DNA of 64,000 bases from positions 310,001-374,000 of the forward strand of contig JAQGDQ010000083.1 of the NCBI GenBank assembly GCA_030141605.1. The letters run 5' to 3'. This document shows, piece by piece, positions 1 through 12,970 of the stretch. Origin of the DNA: Tubiluchus corallicola. Lineage: Eukaryota > Animalia > Priapulida. Within the stretch, counting starts at the first letter, position 1. The number at the start of each line of letters is the position of its first letter. A program made the position numbers and the translations under genes. The notes beneath the pieces were generated by a model, which made no database searches, had not been told where the DNA came from, and saw only the letters and a program-made list of their open reading frames with translations.

Positions 1-1080
1 TATAAAAACGGCCTTAAAATGTCACAATTGCGATAACAACATGTAGTTTTTGTACAAATAATAAAAATTATCATAATACTCAACGATTTTGCATTATAGC
101 TTTATTAATAAAACTGAATTACAAAAATTACGCTATTGGGCATAATTTTTATTCATTTTTACAGTGTACTCCAATCTTAATGTCATTTTGCTCGCTTTAG
201 AATGTGCATAATTCAAAATCAATTTTATGCAAAAATAATAACAATACTATTAACAAGGATAACAACAACGGTATGCAAAAGATGCATTCTGTCTTAACAA
301 TAAACGACAAAACATCAACAACAAAGTGAACGTTGCTATAACAACATAACATTAATTTCATGCACAAAAATTCTTTTTATTTAAATTTTGAACTTACGCG
401 TAATTTAAATTGTATTAGGAATTATAAACTGAAATCATTATAATCAATAAGTTAACGATGCCCAAATTTTGGCACGAATATACAGATAATAATGTTGAGA
501 AAATCACTTGTTTTTAAAATCAGTTTGAGGAATAAAGTAATCGAAACAGAACCAGCTAATGAAGGAAAAAAACCAGATTATAGCTCTGTAGCTTTGGCCT
601 AAATCAACTACTAGCAACATAAATACTATCACTAAAACATACTGTAAATAAAGCTATAGAACTACACTAAAGCTTCTACTAGTAACTTTGGAAAAAATAT
701 ACTTTTGCCGGCAGTAGCAGGTCTAGTTGTTTTGGGCATAAGCAGCAAGAGTACCGAGCACCAAAGTCTTAAACGAAAGGCTAAGGAAGTTCTGCTCAGC
801 TACAAAACAAGTGTTTCCTTTTAAAAAAAATATTACCTCAAGTAATAAAACCTGATCGATGATGTTCAAAAAGGCAGAAATGAAATTATCAGTTTTCCGC
901 TGTTGCAATTCGGTTGCTGCTTTAGTCAATTACATTTATTTCCAATGATCTAGGTAATAAAAAGATACTGCTAAGCATTACTAGGACACTATTCCTCCCA
1001 CTTTTGAAAAGGGATTAAACATGGTCACAGGTAAACAGCAAGGACTGGCACACAAAAACAAATTAGTCTACTGCTACATA

Positions 1081-4000
1081 TCACGACTCTTCTCCACATT
1101 TACATATTACGGATGTATCAACATTTTCCTTATCATCACACATGTATTTGAATGGATGAAAGACTGTTCCCTCCGGGCAGTTCATTGGAACACGCATTTC
1201 ATTGGGTGTGTTCTGCCACAGACATAGATAGTACTTGCGACAGTTTATTGGATTTGCCATTACCATGTGCGAATGTCCGGAGCAAGAGGGACCTGGTCCT
1301 TTCACCTCACATTGCGTACTTTCTGTAGCCATTCCCACAGCGCCGTTTCTTCCAGAAGCAGATGAACCGGAATCCGAAAGTTTTGTTTCCTCCAATTCTG
1401 GATTATATGGCCTCTGCTCTTCCTGGGCAACTACTGGGCCAAGGCTTTCGCCCCCATGAGTATTACTGGGATATGTCTCGTGTCCAACAGTACCAGGTAA
1501 TTCATAATCGTTGTAAGTATTACGTGGATATTGTTCATAGGATTGATTTGTAGGATACCCTTCATAAGAATAAGCTGTATGGTGTGGAAATGGAATACCA
1601 ACTGTGGAAACATGTGATGGATACGTATCATAGTGGCCTGGATAGCTTTCATATGCATCGTGTCCATGTTCAGGGTATGTTTCATGAGGATGCACTTCAT
1701 AGTGTCCATGTTCAGGGTACGTTTCATGAGGATGCACTTCATAGTGTCCATGTTCAGGGTACGTTTCATGAGGATGCACTTCATAGTGTCCATGTTCAGG
1801 GTACGTTTCATGAGGATGCACTTCATAGTGTCCATGTTCAGGGTACGTTTCATGAGGATGCACTTCATAGTGTCCATATTCAGGGTACGTTTCATGAGGA
1901 TGCACTTCATAGTGTCCATATTCAGGATACGTTTCATGAGGATGCACTTCATAGTGTCCATGTTCAGGGTACGTTTCATGAGGATGCACTTCATAGTGTC
2001 CATGTTCAGGATACGTTTCATGAGGATGCACTTCATAGTGTCCATGTTCAGGATACTCTTCATGAGGATGCACTTCATAGTGTCCATGTTCAGGATACGT
2101 TTCATGAGGATGCACTTCATAGTGTCCATGTTCAGGATACTCTTCATGAGGATATAATTCATTAGGATGAACTTCATAGTGTCCATGTTCAGGGTACGTT
2201 TCATGAGGATGCACTTCATAGTGTCCATGTTCAGGGTATGTTTCATGAGGATGCACTTCATAGTGTCCATGTTCAGGGTATGTTTCATGAGGAAGCACTT
2301 CATAATGTCCATGTTCAGGGTATGTTTCATGAGGATGCACTTCATAGTGTCCATGTTCAGGGTATGTTTCATGAGGAAGCACTTCATAATGTCCATGTTC
2401 AGGGTATGTTTCATGAGGATGCACTTCATAATGTCCATGTTCAGGGTATGTTTCATGAGGATGCACTTCATAATGTCCATGTTCAGGGTATGTTTCACGA
2501 GGATGCACTTCATAATGTCCATGTTCAGGGTATGTTTCACGAGGATGCACTTCATAGTGTCCATGTTCAGGGTATGTTTCATGAGGATGCACTTCATAGT
2601 GTCCATGTTCAGGGTATGTTTCATGAGGAAGCACTTCATAGTGTCCATGTTCAGGGTACGCTTCATGAGGATGCACTTCATAGTGTCCATGTTCAGGGTA
2701 TGTTTCATGAGGAAGCACTTCATAATGTCCATGTTCAGGGTATGTTTCATGAGGATGCACTTCATAATGTCCATGTTCAGGGTATGTTTCATGAGGATGC
2801 ACTTCATAATGTCCATGTTCAGGGTATGTTTCACGAGGATGCACTTCATAATGTCCATGTTCAGGGTATGTTTCACGAGGATGCACTTCATAGTGTCCAT
2901 GTTCAGGGTATGTTTCATGAGGATGCACTTCATAGTGTCCATGTTCAGGGTATGTTTCATGAGGAAGCACTTCATAGTGTCCATGTTCAGGGTATGTTTC
3001 ATGAGGAAGCACTTCATAATGTCCATGTTCAGGGTATGTTTCACGAGGATGCACTTCATAATGTCCATGTTCAGGGTATGTTTCATGAGGATGCACTTCA
3101 TAGTGTCCATGTTCAGGGTATGTTTCACGAGGATGCACTTCATAATGTCCATGTTCAGGGTATGTTTCATGAGGATGCACTTCATAATGTCCATGTTCAG
3201 GGTATGTTTCACGAGGATGCACTTCATAATGTCCATGTTCAGGGTATGTTTCACGAGGATGCACTTCATAATGTCCATGTTCAGGGTATGTTTCACGAGG
3301 ATGCCCTTCATAATGTCCATGTTCAGGATATGTTTCACGAGGATGCCCTTCATAATGTCCATGTTCAGGGTATGTTTCACGAGGATGCCCTTCATAATGT
3401 CCATGTTCAGCATACAGTTCATCAGGGTGTGTTTCATAACCATAACTTTCATAAGGATGAACTTCATAGAGTTCAGACCCAGGGTAAGTATCGTAATAAT
3501 TGCTTTTTTCATAAGGGTACGCATGCGGCTCGTTTACTGGATATATTTCAGAACTTTCACGAGGATGTACTTCGAAATCATCATACTGTCCATGTGCTGA
3601 ATATGCACCGTAATTCTCATGTGTTTGATGAGGGTGCACGTCATACTGCTCCGGCAGATATATTACATAATTGTGAGCGTCATAAGGATAGCTGTTGCTA
3701 GGGTAGACTTCATATGCATCTCTGTGTGGATATGTTTCGTAATTGTACGTTTCGTGGGGAATCATTTCGTGTTCTTGATATGGTATGTAACTTCCTTGTG
3801 TTTGATGAGGATACGCATCGTGATAATTCCCGTGCCGTGAATATGATGACTCCACTCTGCGACTGCGACTGTGCCCATGGTAGGCATGGTGCTCATCATA
3901 TCCATGAACAGGGTGTTGTCCTTCTTGCTGATGGGATACATGTTGTACGTAGTGTCGCCGATGTTGCACAGTATGACGCCTGTACGTCTCACCGTGATGT

Positions 4001-7000
4001 GATGTTGCATAATGTGGTTCTACTGCACCCGTTTCATACTTGTGCGGCAACTGCTGTAAAACATTTGAAGATTTTGTGTGGATTACATAGGTCACCTGTG
4101 TCACTTCCAGCAATTCTGTTTTTATTGTGGTCAACAGAGGATTCCTTCCATGATTACAATGACCTTTAAAATCATCAAAACCTAATGCCCAGACCATAAC
4201 GCCTCCAAGGTGATTGTCGATCACATACTTGACCTACAAACAAAAACTAGTTAGACGAACCCTATTGTCAGTCAGGGAAAAATGAGGCCCGTTGATAACA
4301 TGCAAATGCGTTGCAAAAATTACAAAAGTTGGTGATCAGTAACCAGTTGAATGCTAACTGTGGTCAACAATACGTACAAAAAAATTAGTGAAAGTTTGGT
4401 GATGGAAGTTCTAGAACTTGTCCAAATATACTGCAAAGGATTGTTACCTTTTCACTAATACTCCTTGAATCCTCGTAGCCAATCCATTGGTCATTTTTGT
4501 AAGCAAATGGAACAAGCTGATCTTCAACCCAAAAGCTTTCATAGCTTGGCATCACTTCAGAACACACCTACAAAAGATTTAAGTAATGCAAGTCATTAAA
4601 ATTAATAGAAATAAACCACAATTTTTATTTATTTGCAAATGTGACAAATGCCGCACATTGGTACCATTAAAATGTTTGTGAATTTTCCGAAACAGATTTG
4701 CGAATCTTTATAATCTGCAAATTTTGTCGTAATTTATTCATTTATTATGAGTGAAGACGTAGATCTGTAAGTCATTCAAAAAATATTCGCAAGAAGCATT
4801 ATCAGTTGTTCAGTTGGCTAAATCTATCACTTAAGCAGTAATAAGATTGGTGTTTACCAATCCACAAGAAGCCGAAAATCTTAATAAGAATAAGCTCAAG
4901 CAAAGTTTTGTGGGCACAAACCTCGTAGTACGGCATCATTCCTTCCTGTTGATACATGTGTCCAGCCTTGCCACTTCCTACAATAGGTGCATTTAACATG
5001 TGGTCAGATGGGTCTTGGAGAGTGTAAGTCTGTCCAAAAAGAGGAATTCCCAGCAGCAATTTCTTTGGATCCGTTCCATGGTTTATCCAATATTGGACGA
5101 TGAATTCCTTAAAAAAAAGCAACGATAATAGGATTTAGGTTATCTAAGTACACTAAAAACTAAGGAACGCTATATGGCATGGAAGATTATTAAATTATCT
5201 AAGTACACTAAAAACTAAGGAACGCTATATGGCATGGAAGATTATTAGATTGTCTAAGTACACTAAAAACTAAGGAACGTTATATGGCATGGAAGATTAT
5301 TAGATTATCTAAATACACTAAAAACTAAGGAACACTACATGGCATGGAAGATTATTAGATTATCTAAGTACACTAAAAACTAAGCAACACTACATGGCAT
5401 GGAAGATTAATAGATTATCTAAGTACACTAAAAACTAAGGAACACTACATGGCATGGAAGATTATTAGATTATCTAAGTACACTAAAAACTAAAGAACAT
5501 TATATGGCATGGAAGATTATTAGATTATCTAAGTACGCTAAAAACTAAGGAACATTACATGGCATGGAAGATTATTAGATTATCTAAGTACACTAAAAAC
5601 TAAGGAACATTACATGGCATGGAAGATTATTAGATTATCTAAGTACACTAAAAACTAAGGAACGCTATATGACATGAAAGATTACTAGGTTATTTAAGTA
5701 CCCTAAAAACTAAGGAACACTACATGGCATGGAAGATTATTAGGTTATCTAAGTACACTAAAAACTAAGGAACATTATATGGCATGGAAGATTATTAGAT
5801 TATCTAAGTACACTAAAAACTAAGGAACACTACATGGCATGGAAGATTATTAGGTTATCCAAGTACACTAAAAACTAAGGAACACTACATGGCATGGAAG
5901 ATTATTAGGTTATCCAAGTACCCTAAAAACCAAGGAACACTATATGGCATGGAAGATTACTAGGTTATCTAAGGAAAACGATCATACCGCATCTTCATAG
6001 CTATTAGTCTCAAAAGTGCTTCCGTGATTTTCCAATAATTTATCCCTTTCACACACATGACACAAAAATGCTGCCCTTGCTTGTGTGTGATTTTCCAAGT
6101 TGTCTTACACTTAACTGAAATTACTAAAAACAAAGATATTTCAAAGGCGACCTCTTCACTTACAATATTCGCAGTTTTGTCCACATCGTAGGAGTGAGGA
6201 TGCAAAGGACTTCCATGACCAGCGTGTTTGTTCCATATTCCATTAAGGTGATAAGTCATCATTGGTAAATAATCACTAAACCTGCATTTAGAAATCAAGA
6301 ATATTATGAGAAGCTTTTTCTCTTTGAGCACAAATAACCAGAGATGTTTTTTACACAAGGCGCTTTGCAAGGATTAATGGTAGTAGATGATAGATTTCAA
6401 GGACAATTTTGAGGTTAGTCACTTGACCTGCAGGGCGGTTATCTTCTACATAATAATTTATCATTCACTGATAATTCAACTTTTAAATAGCGTTATTAGT
6501 ACCAATTATTTTCATCAAAAATAAGAAACGTATTTATAAACGCACGAAGAGATTTTCGGGATGTCGTAACCCAAATCTATCCAGTATTTAGCGCCCGGTA
6601 TCGTGGTGGCCAAGATTAGTTGATTGTTGCCGGAAAACTTGGCTTCCATCGTAAAGATCTTGTGAAGCTCCTAAAAATTAAACACACAATTGTACATAAA
6701 TTTAAAATTGACACAGAGATATTGGGTAAGAAGAGTCCTCACTTTGCATTAATTTGTTCAAGCCAAAACTACACCATATAGACACGAAGAACCGACGGTC
6801 AACTAGCAGAACTAACAACCTGCTTTAAAATGCTTGAAAAGATGAATTTCAAGAGCAAAGCAGTTAGAGTGTTATAGCCTGTCAAATACTACTAATATTT
6901 TTATATCAATACCTCTAAGAGCAGTGGTAAATTGTCTCTATCTGAAGGATGTCCACCTCTTCGTTCGTAGCCCGGAAACTCCCAGTCGACATTTAGTCCA

Positions 7001-9483
7001 TCGAAACCATATTGTCTCAGGAAATGAAGTACAGAATTAACAAAGGTAAGACGTGAGTTGAGAGACCACGCCATATTGCTGAAACGCTGTGAACCTTCTG
7101 CCCAACCGCCTACTGCTAGCAGTACCTTCAGATCTGGATTTTGGTTTTTTAGGGCCAGGATTCTCTGAAACAATTCTAAAAAAGAATTTTATTAAATGCT
7201 TCGACAGAAACAGTTAGTGCAAACGGATTTTTTAGTTAGGTATTACTGCAAATAGCAATTTAAAGCCCAACCAGCGTCTTAAACAATGCAATAACGATGT
7301 TTTAAAAAACGTTTAGCTCAAAATTTGGTTTAACAATGAATGCGACACATCATTTTTGTGACATGGGTTAAAGTGCATAAATGGCCTCTTGAAATTCTGA
7401 CAAAATATAAAATTTGTGGAAAGTTACTTCAATACTCATTGCTTCATTAGGTTTTTTCCTTGTACCACAGCTTTGAATGCACTTTTACTTGATCAGGTCT
7501 TTGTTCAGTTTGTTGCTTTCTTGCACCGTGTACCTTGGTTATTGTTAAGTAGGTCTTTACCAGGGATTTTTCAATGTGTTTTATATCGTCAATTTTTATG
7601 TGCTTTATCATTTAACAAAAAAGTTGGAAAAACGCAACAAAATTAAAGCAAAATTAAATCAATTTTTTTTATTTGCCATTGAAATAACTAAAACTGAACC
7701 TCATTTGGGTTTGTTAAGCTAAGAAGTGAGGAGAAGAGCATGTCAGAATGATTGATTTATGATTGATCCATTCATTGTACTATTTATTTCAGCATAAAAG
7801 CCACAAAAACATACAATTAAAATTTACCTAGACTAAAACTAGAAGTGCTAAAAAATACTATATGCAGAAAGTGAGTAAAAGCATTTAAAATTAGAGCTAC
7901 GAGCTTCAAAGTTACGAAATTACGCGAGTTACCATTTCAGGAACAGAAGACATGTCTCGGGGTGAGTCTGGAAAGTTCACGATCCTACTCTGTAGAATTT
8001 TCAAACCATACCTGTTTTTGTTATCGCATTGTTGCTATCATTACGTATATAGTTTAATGTTTTGTGTTGCAAATCAGCCAAATAAAAAATTATTGAATTG
8101 AATTGAATTGTGTCCAATGTGATAATTAGCCAGAAAAGAAAGTCATCAATGATACCACAGGCTGGGGAGTTAAGCACAGGGTGCGCTGCGTTCGTGTGCT
8201 AGGCGTAAAATATGAGTGGTGCATTCGGGGCTACGATAAGCTGAAACCATTTAACAAGCAGAGCCATCAAGATGTTGCAGACCTCATTTTATTTCTTCCC
8301 TTTGGCTGTAGATTAAATTAGTTACTAGATCTATATCTAAATGCGATTAAGTGTGAAGTCGAGATTTCGTACCGCTTCTCTAAGAAAAGAACCAAAAAAC
8401 CATGATTTTTATCATATTGTCAATTTAGTAGGTTTGTGAACAGATTGTAAAACTAGTAAAATGATTATACTTATTTACTTCTATTTATAAACCTTTTTTC
8501 GTGAATGAATATTCGACTGGTGATCTTCAAGTAATTTTAACACTTTGCGTGCAATCTGAAAAGTATTTCGGGAGTGTATAAAATAGACCTGACGTTTTTT
8601 GGTATTTCTACCCACAGTACCTGTTTAAACTCAAAACCCACTACCCAGTGTCCACGACTTCAGTCCCTAAACCTCGATACCTTTTTACCTCAGCTTGCAA
8701 TCTCAATAGCCAGAACGACAATGTTGTGTATTCGTTTAATAGTCACGTCGTACTGTCTCTCTTCAAACACTTAGGCAAATACAGTGGCTGCGTAGCCTGA
8801 TAGGTAAAACGTCCGAGCTCCGTACAGGAGGTTGCGTGTTCGATACGAAAGACAGTCATATAAAAAAATTAAAAAATGCTACGTGTAGTTGCCCTGTGTG
8901 ACTAATCTCTGTTATGTAGTTGTAATTCGTAATTTATCGTGGGCAATAAAAAATCTCATTGCAGCTTTGTTTGTCTGTTCTACTTAAAGCTGAATCATCA
9001 TCGTTGTCGTCGTCGCCATAATCATCATCATCATCGCAATGAGCACAGAAATTTCTTTGGATGGTAAACAATAACACCATATTGGCAAAAGCACTTTGCA
9101 ACAAGCAACTTACCTAAATCTGACTCTGACTTGGCCGTCAGCTCATTATCCAATATTGTGGCGTATCCAAACACGATGTGCGTGCAAGTTGAGGGGTCGA
9201 TGTCTTCTGGTAAGAACGTGGCTGGCGCGGGACGTCGAGCTGCCTCCCCCGGGTAAAAGCAGAACCGCACGTAGGAATCGTAGTCATGAAGATGACTTGG
9301 AACTTCTGGAAAGTAATTAAATAAAATAATTAGCTAATTAGTTATAAGTTTAAATTCGAGATTATCAGTTATTGGTAAAGTGAACACAATATATTTGAAC
9401 CAGAAACCTTTGGAATTCAAACCAATGACTAGACAACACAGACACGTGTGAACGCGGGCGTTCTTAATTCAATCCCATGAGTA

Positions 9484-9529
<46 letters not shown>

Positions 9530-10708
9530 TTTATTAGTTTATCACCATTTTTAAAATAGCAAAATACATAACTAACAGATTTATAAATCTATACAACATA
9601 CAATAATACAACATTACAAAGTGCAAAAGTAATTATTGATTAGTGGTGAAAGGGTGGCGAAAGAACTATAAGTCATCGAGGTCAGCCACCCTCTCAGAAT
9701 TGTTACTAATATAATTAATTAGTTAATGCGCATGTATCAGATAATAAAAAATTATCAGATTTTGCATTTAAGACGAATGAAAATTGAACGTTATACGAAT
9801 GTGTTAGTTTATAATAAAATAATGTTCAATAATGGGAAAGAAGAGACACACGTGCCTATCTTTTAATAATAATTTAACCTTTACGTATTTAAAATTAATA
9901 TTATGAGGACCTAGAGTCAAAGGAAGAAAAAAAATTAATTTTCCGCTTGAAGCTAGCAAAAGTGGATAAACATGTATGTTTAGTTATGAAAAAAAAGAGT
10001 TGAAAGAAAAGTATCTTAAAATTCTTTAGGATTAGCGTTCATTATTGCATAATATTAGGTCACCAACCAAGGGAACTGTTAGTTTACTTACACTTAACTG
10101 TTTACTGTAATTACTAATTACCTAACCATAATATGGTGTTTTGGATAATTAGTCTTTGATTGTAGTGTGAAAACAAAGAATTTAACAAACGATTGCGGTT
10201 TATGCTCACCAACAGATAGCTGTTAATCGTAGATGGAAGGAATCGCAATGGATTGTTAAATTCTGATTAACACATTTAAAACATAGTAACATCGCTAATT
10301 TGGCTACTAAACAATGGTGTTTCATTAACGGCACAGGCACGGAAACAAAGGTTCATATCAATAACATTTGATTTACTTTTATCAAAATCCCACACAAACC
10401 GTAAATGAAAAAAAGAATTTGCCAAAAATTGCGCCAGCGTTAATTAAGATTCTCCAGACATTTGCTGTCAAAATTTCATGTTGAAAAAAACCAATCAAAC
10501 AATCAGTGAAACAACTGCTGAACTTATAGAGATACAGATATGTTCATTTTCTTAATGTCTTACACCTAATAATGGCGAAATAATTTAACTAACCGACGTC
10601 AAACTGTATTTAAAATGTGAAACCAAATTAATACTTACCTGGCTGAGTTTCAGTAGATGATAGTCCTGCCAGTAATACCAATACCAGGCAAACACCTATC
10701 CCCTGCAT
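1081..10708 (-). CDS. Secreted GH18 chitinase-like protein with long His-rich repeat linker and C-terminal CBM14 (peritrophin-A) chitin-binding domain, ~1408 aa
   Basis: Eight coding exons with GT-AG boundaries and compatible phases: 10708-10639 (signal peptide MQGIGVCLVLVLLAGLSS), 9305-9114 (FLPEDIDPSTCTHIVFGYA), 7175-6913 (LKVLLAVGGW, FDGLNVDWEFP), 6670-6546, 6281-6164 (MMTYHLNG), 5107-4922 (KLLLGIPLFG), 4567-4448 (VPFAYKNDQWIGYED), 4233-1081 (LGGVMVWALGFDDF, repeats, Cys-patterned CBM14 NCRKYYLC..CPEGTVF..C). Total 4227 nt, divisible by 3. Minus-strand AATAAA at ~935-940. Confidence 0.93.
1660..3410 (-). repeat. Coding 42-bp tandem repeat (~41 units) encoding GHYEV(H/L)P(H/R)ETYPEH
   Basis: Period of 42 nt read directly (ttcatgag at 1681 and 1723); frame preserved throughout the last exon of the chitinase. 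Confidence 0.97.
5135..5972. repeat. Intronic 55-bp minisatellite, ~15 copies
   Basis: tatctaagtacactaaaaactaaggaac...ggcatggaagattattaga recurs at 5141, 5196 and onward, head to tail, without spacers. Confidence 0.95.
8785..9035 (+). mobile_element. tRNA-derived SINE remnant
   Basis: Head GGCTGCGTAGCCTGATAGGTAAAACG (A-box-like) and GTTCGATAC (B-box-like) with broken cloverleaf stems, an unrelated body, and a (TCA)n/(TCG)n tail. Confidence 0.55.
9480..9695 (-). mobile_element. 3' end of a non-LTR retroelement (stem-loop plus tetranucleotide tail)
   Basis: GGGTGGC...GCCACCC stem-loop at 9651-9690 followed on the minus strand by an AT-rich tract and a (CTTG)n/(CTTA)n tail; a related copy lies at 57205-57385. 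Confidence 0.5.
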
Positions 10709-10840
10709 ACTGCAAAAATAATCGAGTATTTTCATGATCGTTAGTTATCAATCATTAGTAGAAAAAAATTGTAATGCAAGCAAAAATTATTCTATATAAT
10801 TCCGTGTTATAAATTAAAGTAAAATATATAAAGTATAATA

Positions 10841-11098
10841 TAAAGTAAAAACCGGACCCAATCTTAAACTGTAGGTCAAAACAATCTACTCGTTAAAATA
10901 TTGAAAGGAAACATACTATATAAAGTAAAACCGGACCCAATCTTAAACTGTAGGTCAAAACAATCTACTCTTTAAAATATTGAAAGGAAACATACTATAT
11001 AAAGTAAAACCGGACCCAATCTTAAACTGTAGGTCAAAACAATCTACTCTTTAAAATATTAAAAGGACACATACTATTTTTTTTCAAAAATGACTTAC
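10841..11098. repeat. Three tandem ~79-bp units, with a fourth dispersed copy at 11923-12020
   Basis: taaagtaaaaccggacccaatcttaaactgtaggtcaaaacaatctactc at 10841, 10921, 11000 and (variant) 11923. Confidence 0.9.
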
Positions 11099-12020
11099 AT
11101 GAAAGAATGCTTAGCGCAATTTATCCCAAAATAGTTTAGCAAGCACAAAAGAATGGGACACACTCCAACAACAAGAGTAAAATTCACAGTTTAGTGGGAA
11201 AATAATCTGAGAATTAGTGCACTTGTATTGCTGATGATTTTACTCGTCGTTTGTAAAACTTCGAAACTTAAAATTTCGATGTTTAAGTTGGCGAAATAGC
11301 GTTTAGGAAATAAACCGGTAATACATTGTAGTTATAGTTCTGTCGGAATAGGCACGTAACTCGTATACACAGATTTATTTTTGTGGGAAAACCAAATTAA
11401 AACGTAAAAATGTTTTTCTTGCTAAGCATTTTACAATCACTGCACAGTCCCGAAAAGAAAATGAAAATGAGACTTCGGGTCTAGGCAGAAAAACGTCACA
11501 AACAGTGAAAATATAACCACCCTTTTTCATATCCCATAAAAACCCTTCTCCGTTTCTAGGAAAAAACTATCCACAGACCAAGATGTTGGGTCAAATAAAT
11601 TTTTCCGACAAAATTAAAACAATGACAGAACATGAATGATGGAACAAAGATACAGTAAATTAAATTTTGATACTAAAGCCCAGAGACAGGAAATTTGAAA
11701 ATAGATGGGATACAGCCTGGATTTTGTCTCCCTATTTCCCTATTTCCAATGATTAAAGCAGCCCAAAGTTCATTCTTTTTGTTTGGTAAACTAATTTCAG
11801 CATTTCCACTGTTAGACCTCTTACACTGGAGTGAATCTAACAATTAACATCAATTTTGATCCTGAAATTTCTGTGGAAAATTAATGACTTAATTGAGTAA
11901 CTAGAATCAAGATTATTATTATTAAAGTAAAACCAGGCCTAATCTTAAACTGTAGGTCAAAACAATCTACTCTTTAAAATATTGAAAGGAAACATACTCT
12001 TTTTTTCAAAAATGACTTAC

Positions 12021-12258
12021 GTGAAATAATTAATACCCCAGAAATACAATTTCACGTTCGCGCCACTAGTTCTTCGCTGTTACATGCATTTCGCCATTCG
12101 TTAGCTAGACGGGCACTAGCGCCTGCATTTCAGAAACGCAATGCACAAAAAACAGGTGCTGTGCCTCTCTGTTCAGATGCGTTAGTTTGCGACGAACTAC
12201 AAACATTCGACAGCTCATGCGTGAGCACAGCACTTATTCTGAAATTTGAATTTTTATA
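12021..12258 (-). promoter_or_regulatory. Candidate TATA promoter and non-coding first exon of the chitinase gene
   Basis: Minus-strand TATAAAAA at 12258-12251; GC-richer tract down to a GTAAGT donor at 12020. The ATG exon starts 1 nt after an acceptor (ttttgcag|T ATG), so an upstream exon is required. Confidence 0.4.
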
Positions 12259-12970
12259 TTAAAACTTGCCTTGCTTTGATACAACACACTGAATACCACT
12301 GTACTTTTCAAACAGTTCAAACAAGCTAGTGGAGTATTTTTGCCTTTGAAAATTATGTTAATTGGTGATGTCATCAATAGGTGGGCTAGCCCGCCGTTAA
12401 TTAAATTTTTAATCTATTATTTAATTATGAGAACTACTTTTGCGGTATTAATTGTGTTAAAATGTATCCCTTTTATCGGACTTGAAATGGGCTGGTATAT
12501 AAAAAAATCACCCTGTCTTCCTTTAAGGATGGAAAAAACCAACAATTGATGAAATTTTGATGCCAAACATGAAAGACAGTTAGATAAACACGAGTATTTT
12601 AGCTAGCAGCAAAACTAGCAATGAACAGCAATCATCAAAATAGCAATAAAGGAAAACATAAGCGATGAACGGACTGTTTAGCATATATACTAAGTGCCTT
12701 TCTGGCTTTTTCCTTAGAGAAATTAAGTATAGCACCGTCTATCAATGATAACTCACTGTATCAAATCAAAGAACGAAAAATGCTTGAACTGGCAGTGTCT
12801 CTCTTCGGTAGGACATTTTTACATACAACGATATAATGCGCTAAGATACTTAATTTATAAGTTTTTGTAGTTACATTACACTACAGACGCGAACAGCTAG
12901 TAGTTTCACAAGTGTGAATCTTTTCAATGGCTTCTATAATTTAACGAGCAGGGTGGGCTCTAGGTAGTCT

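Noticed and set aside
1431-3701. Long alternative-frame and antisense ORFs (697, 487, 477 aa and others)
   Set aside because: Shadows of the 42-bp coding repeat, which lacks stops in several frames; only the 1081-4233 frame links GH18 to CBM14.
5135-5972. Possible CRISPR-like array (also 14203-14842, 47885-48660, 51190-51776)
   Set aside because: Units are contiguous with no unique spacers, there are no cas genes, and the context is eukaryotic; ordinary minisatellites.
8785-8860. tRNA gene
   Set aside because: A/B-box-like motifs are present but the stems do not pair; better explained as a SINE head.
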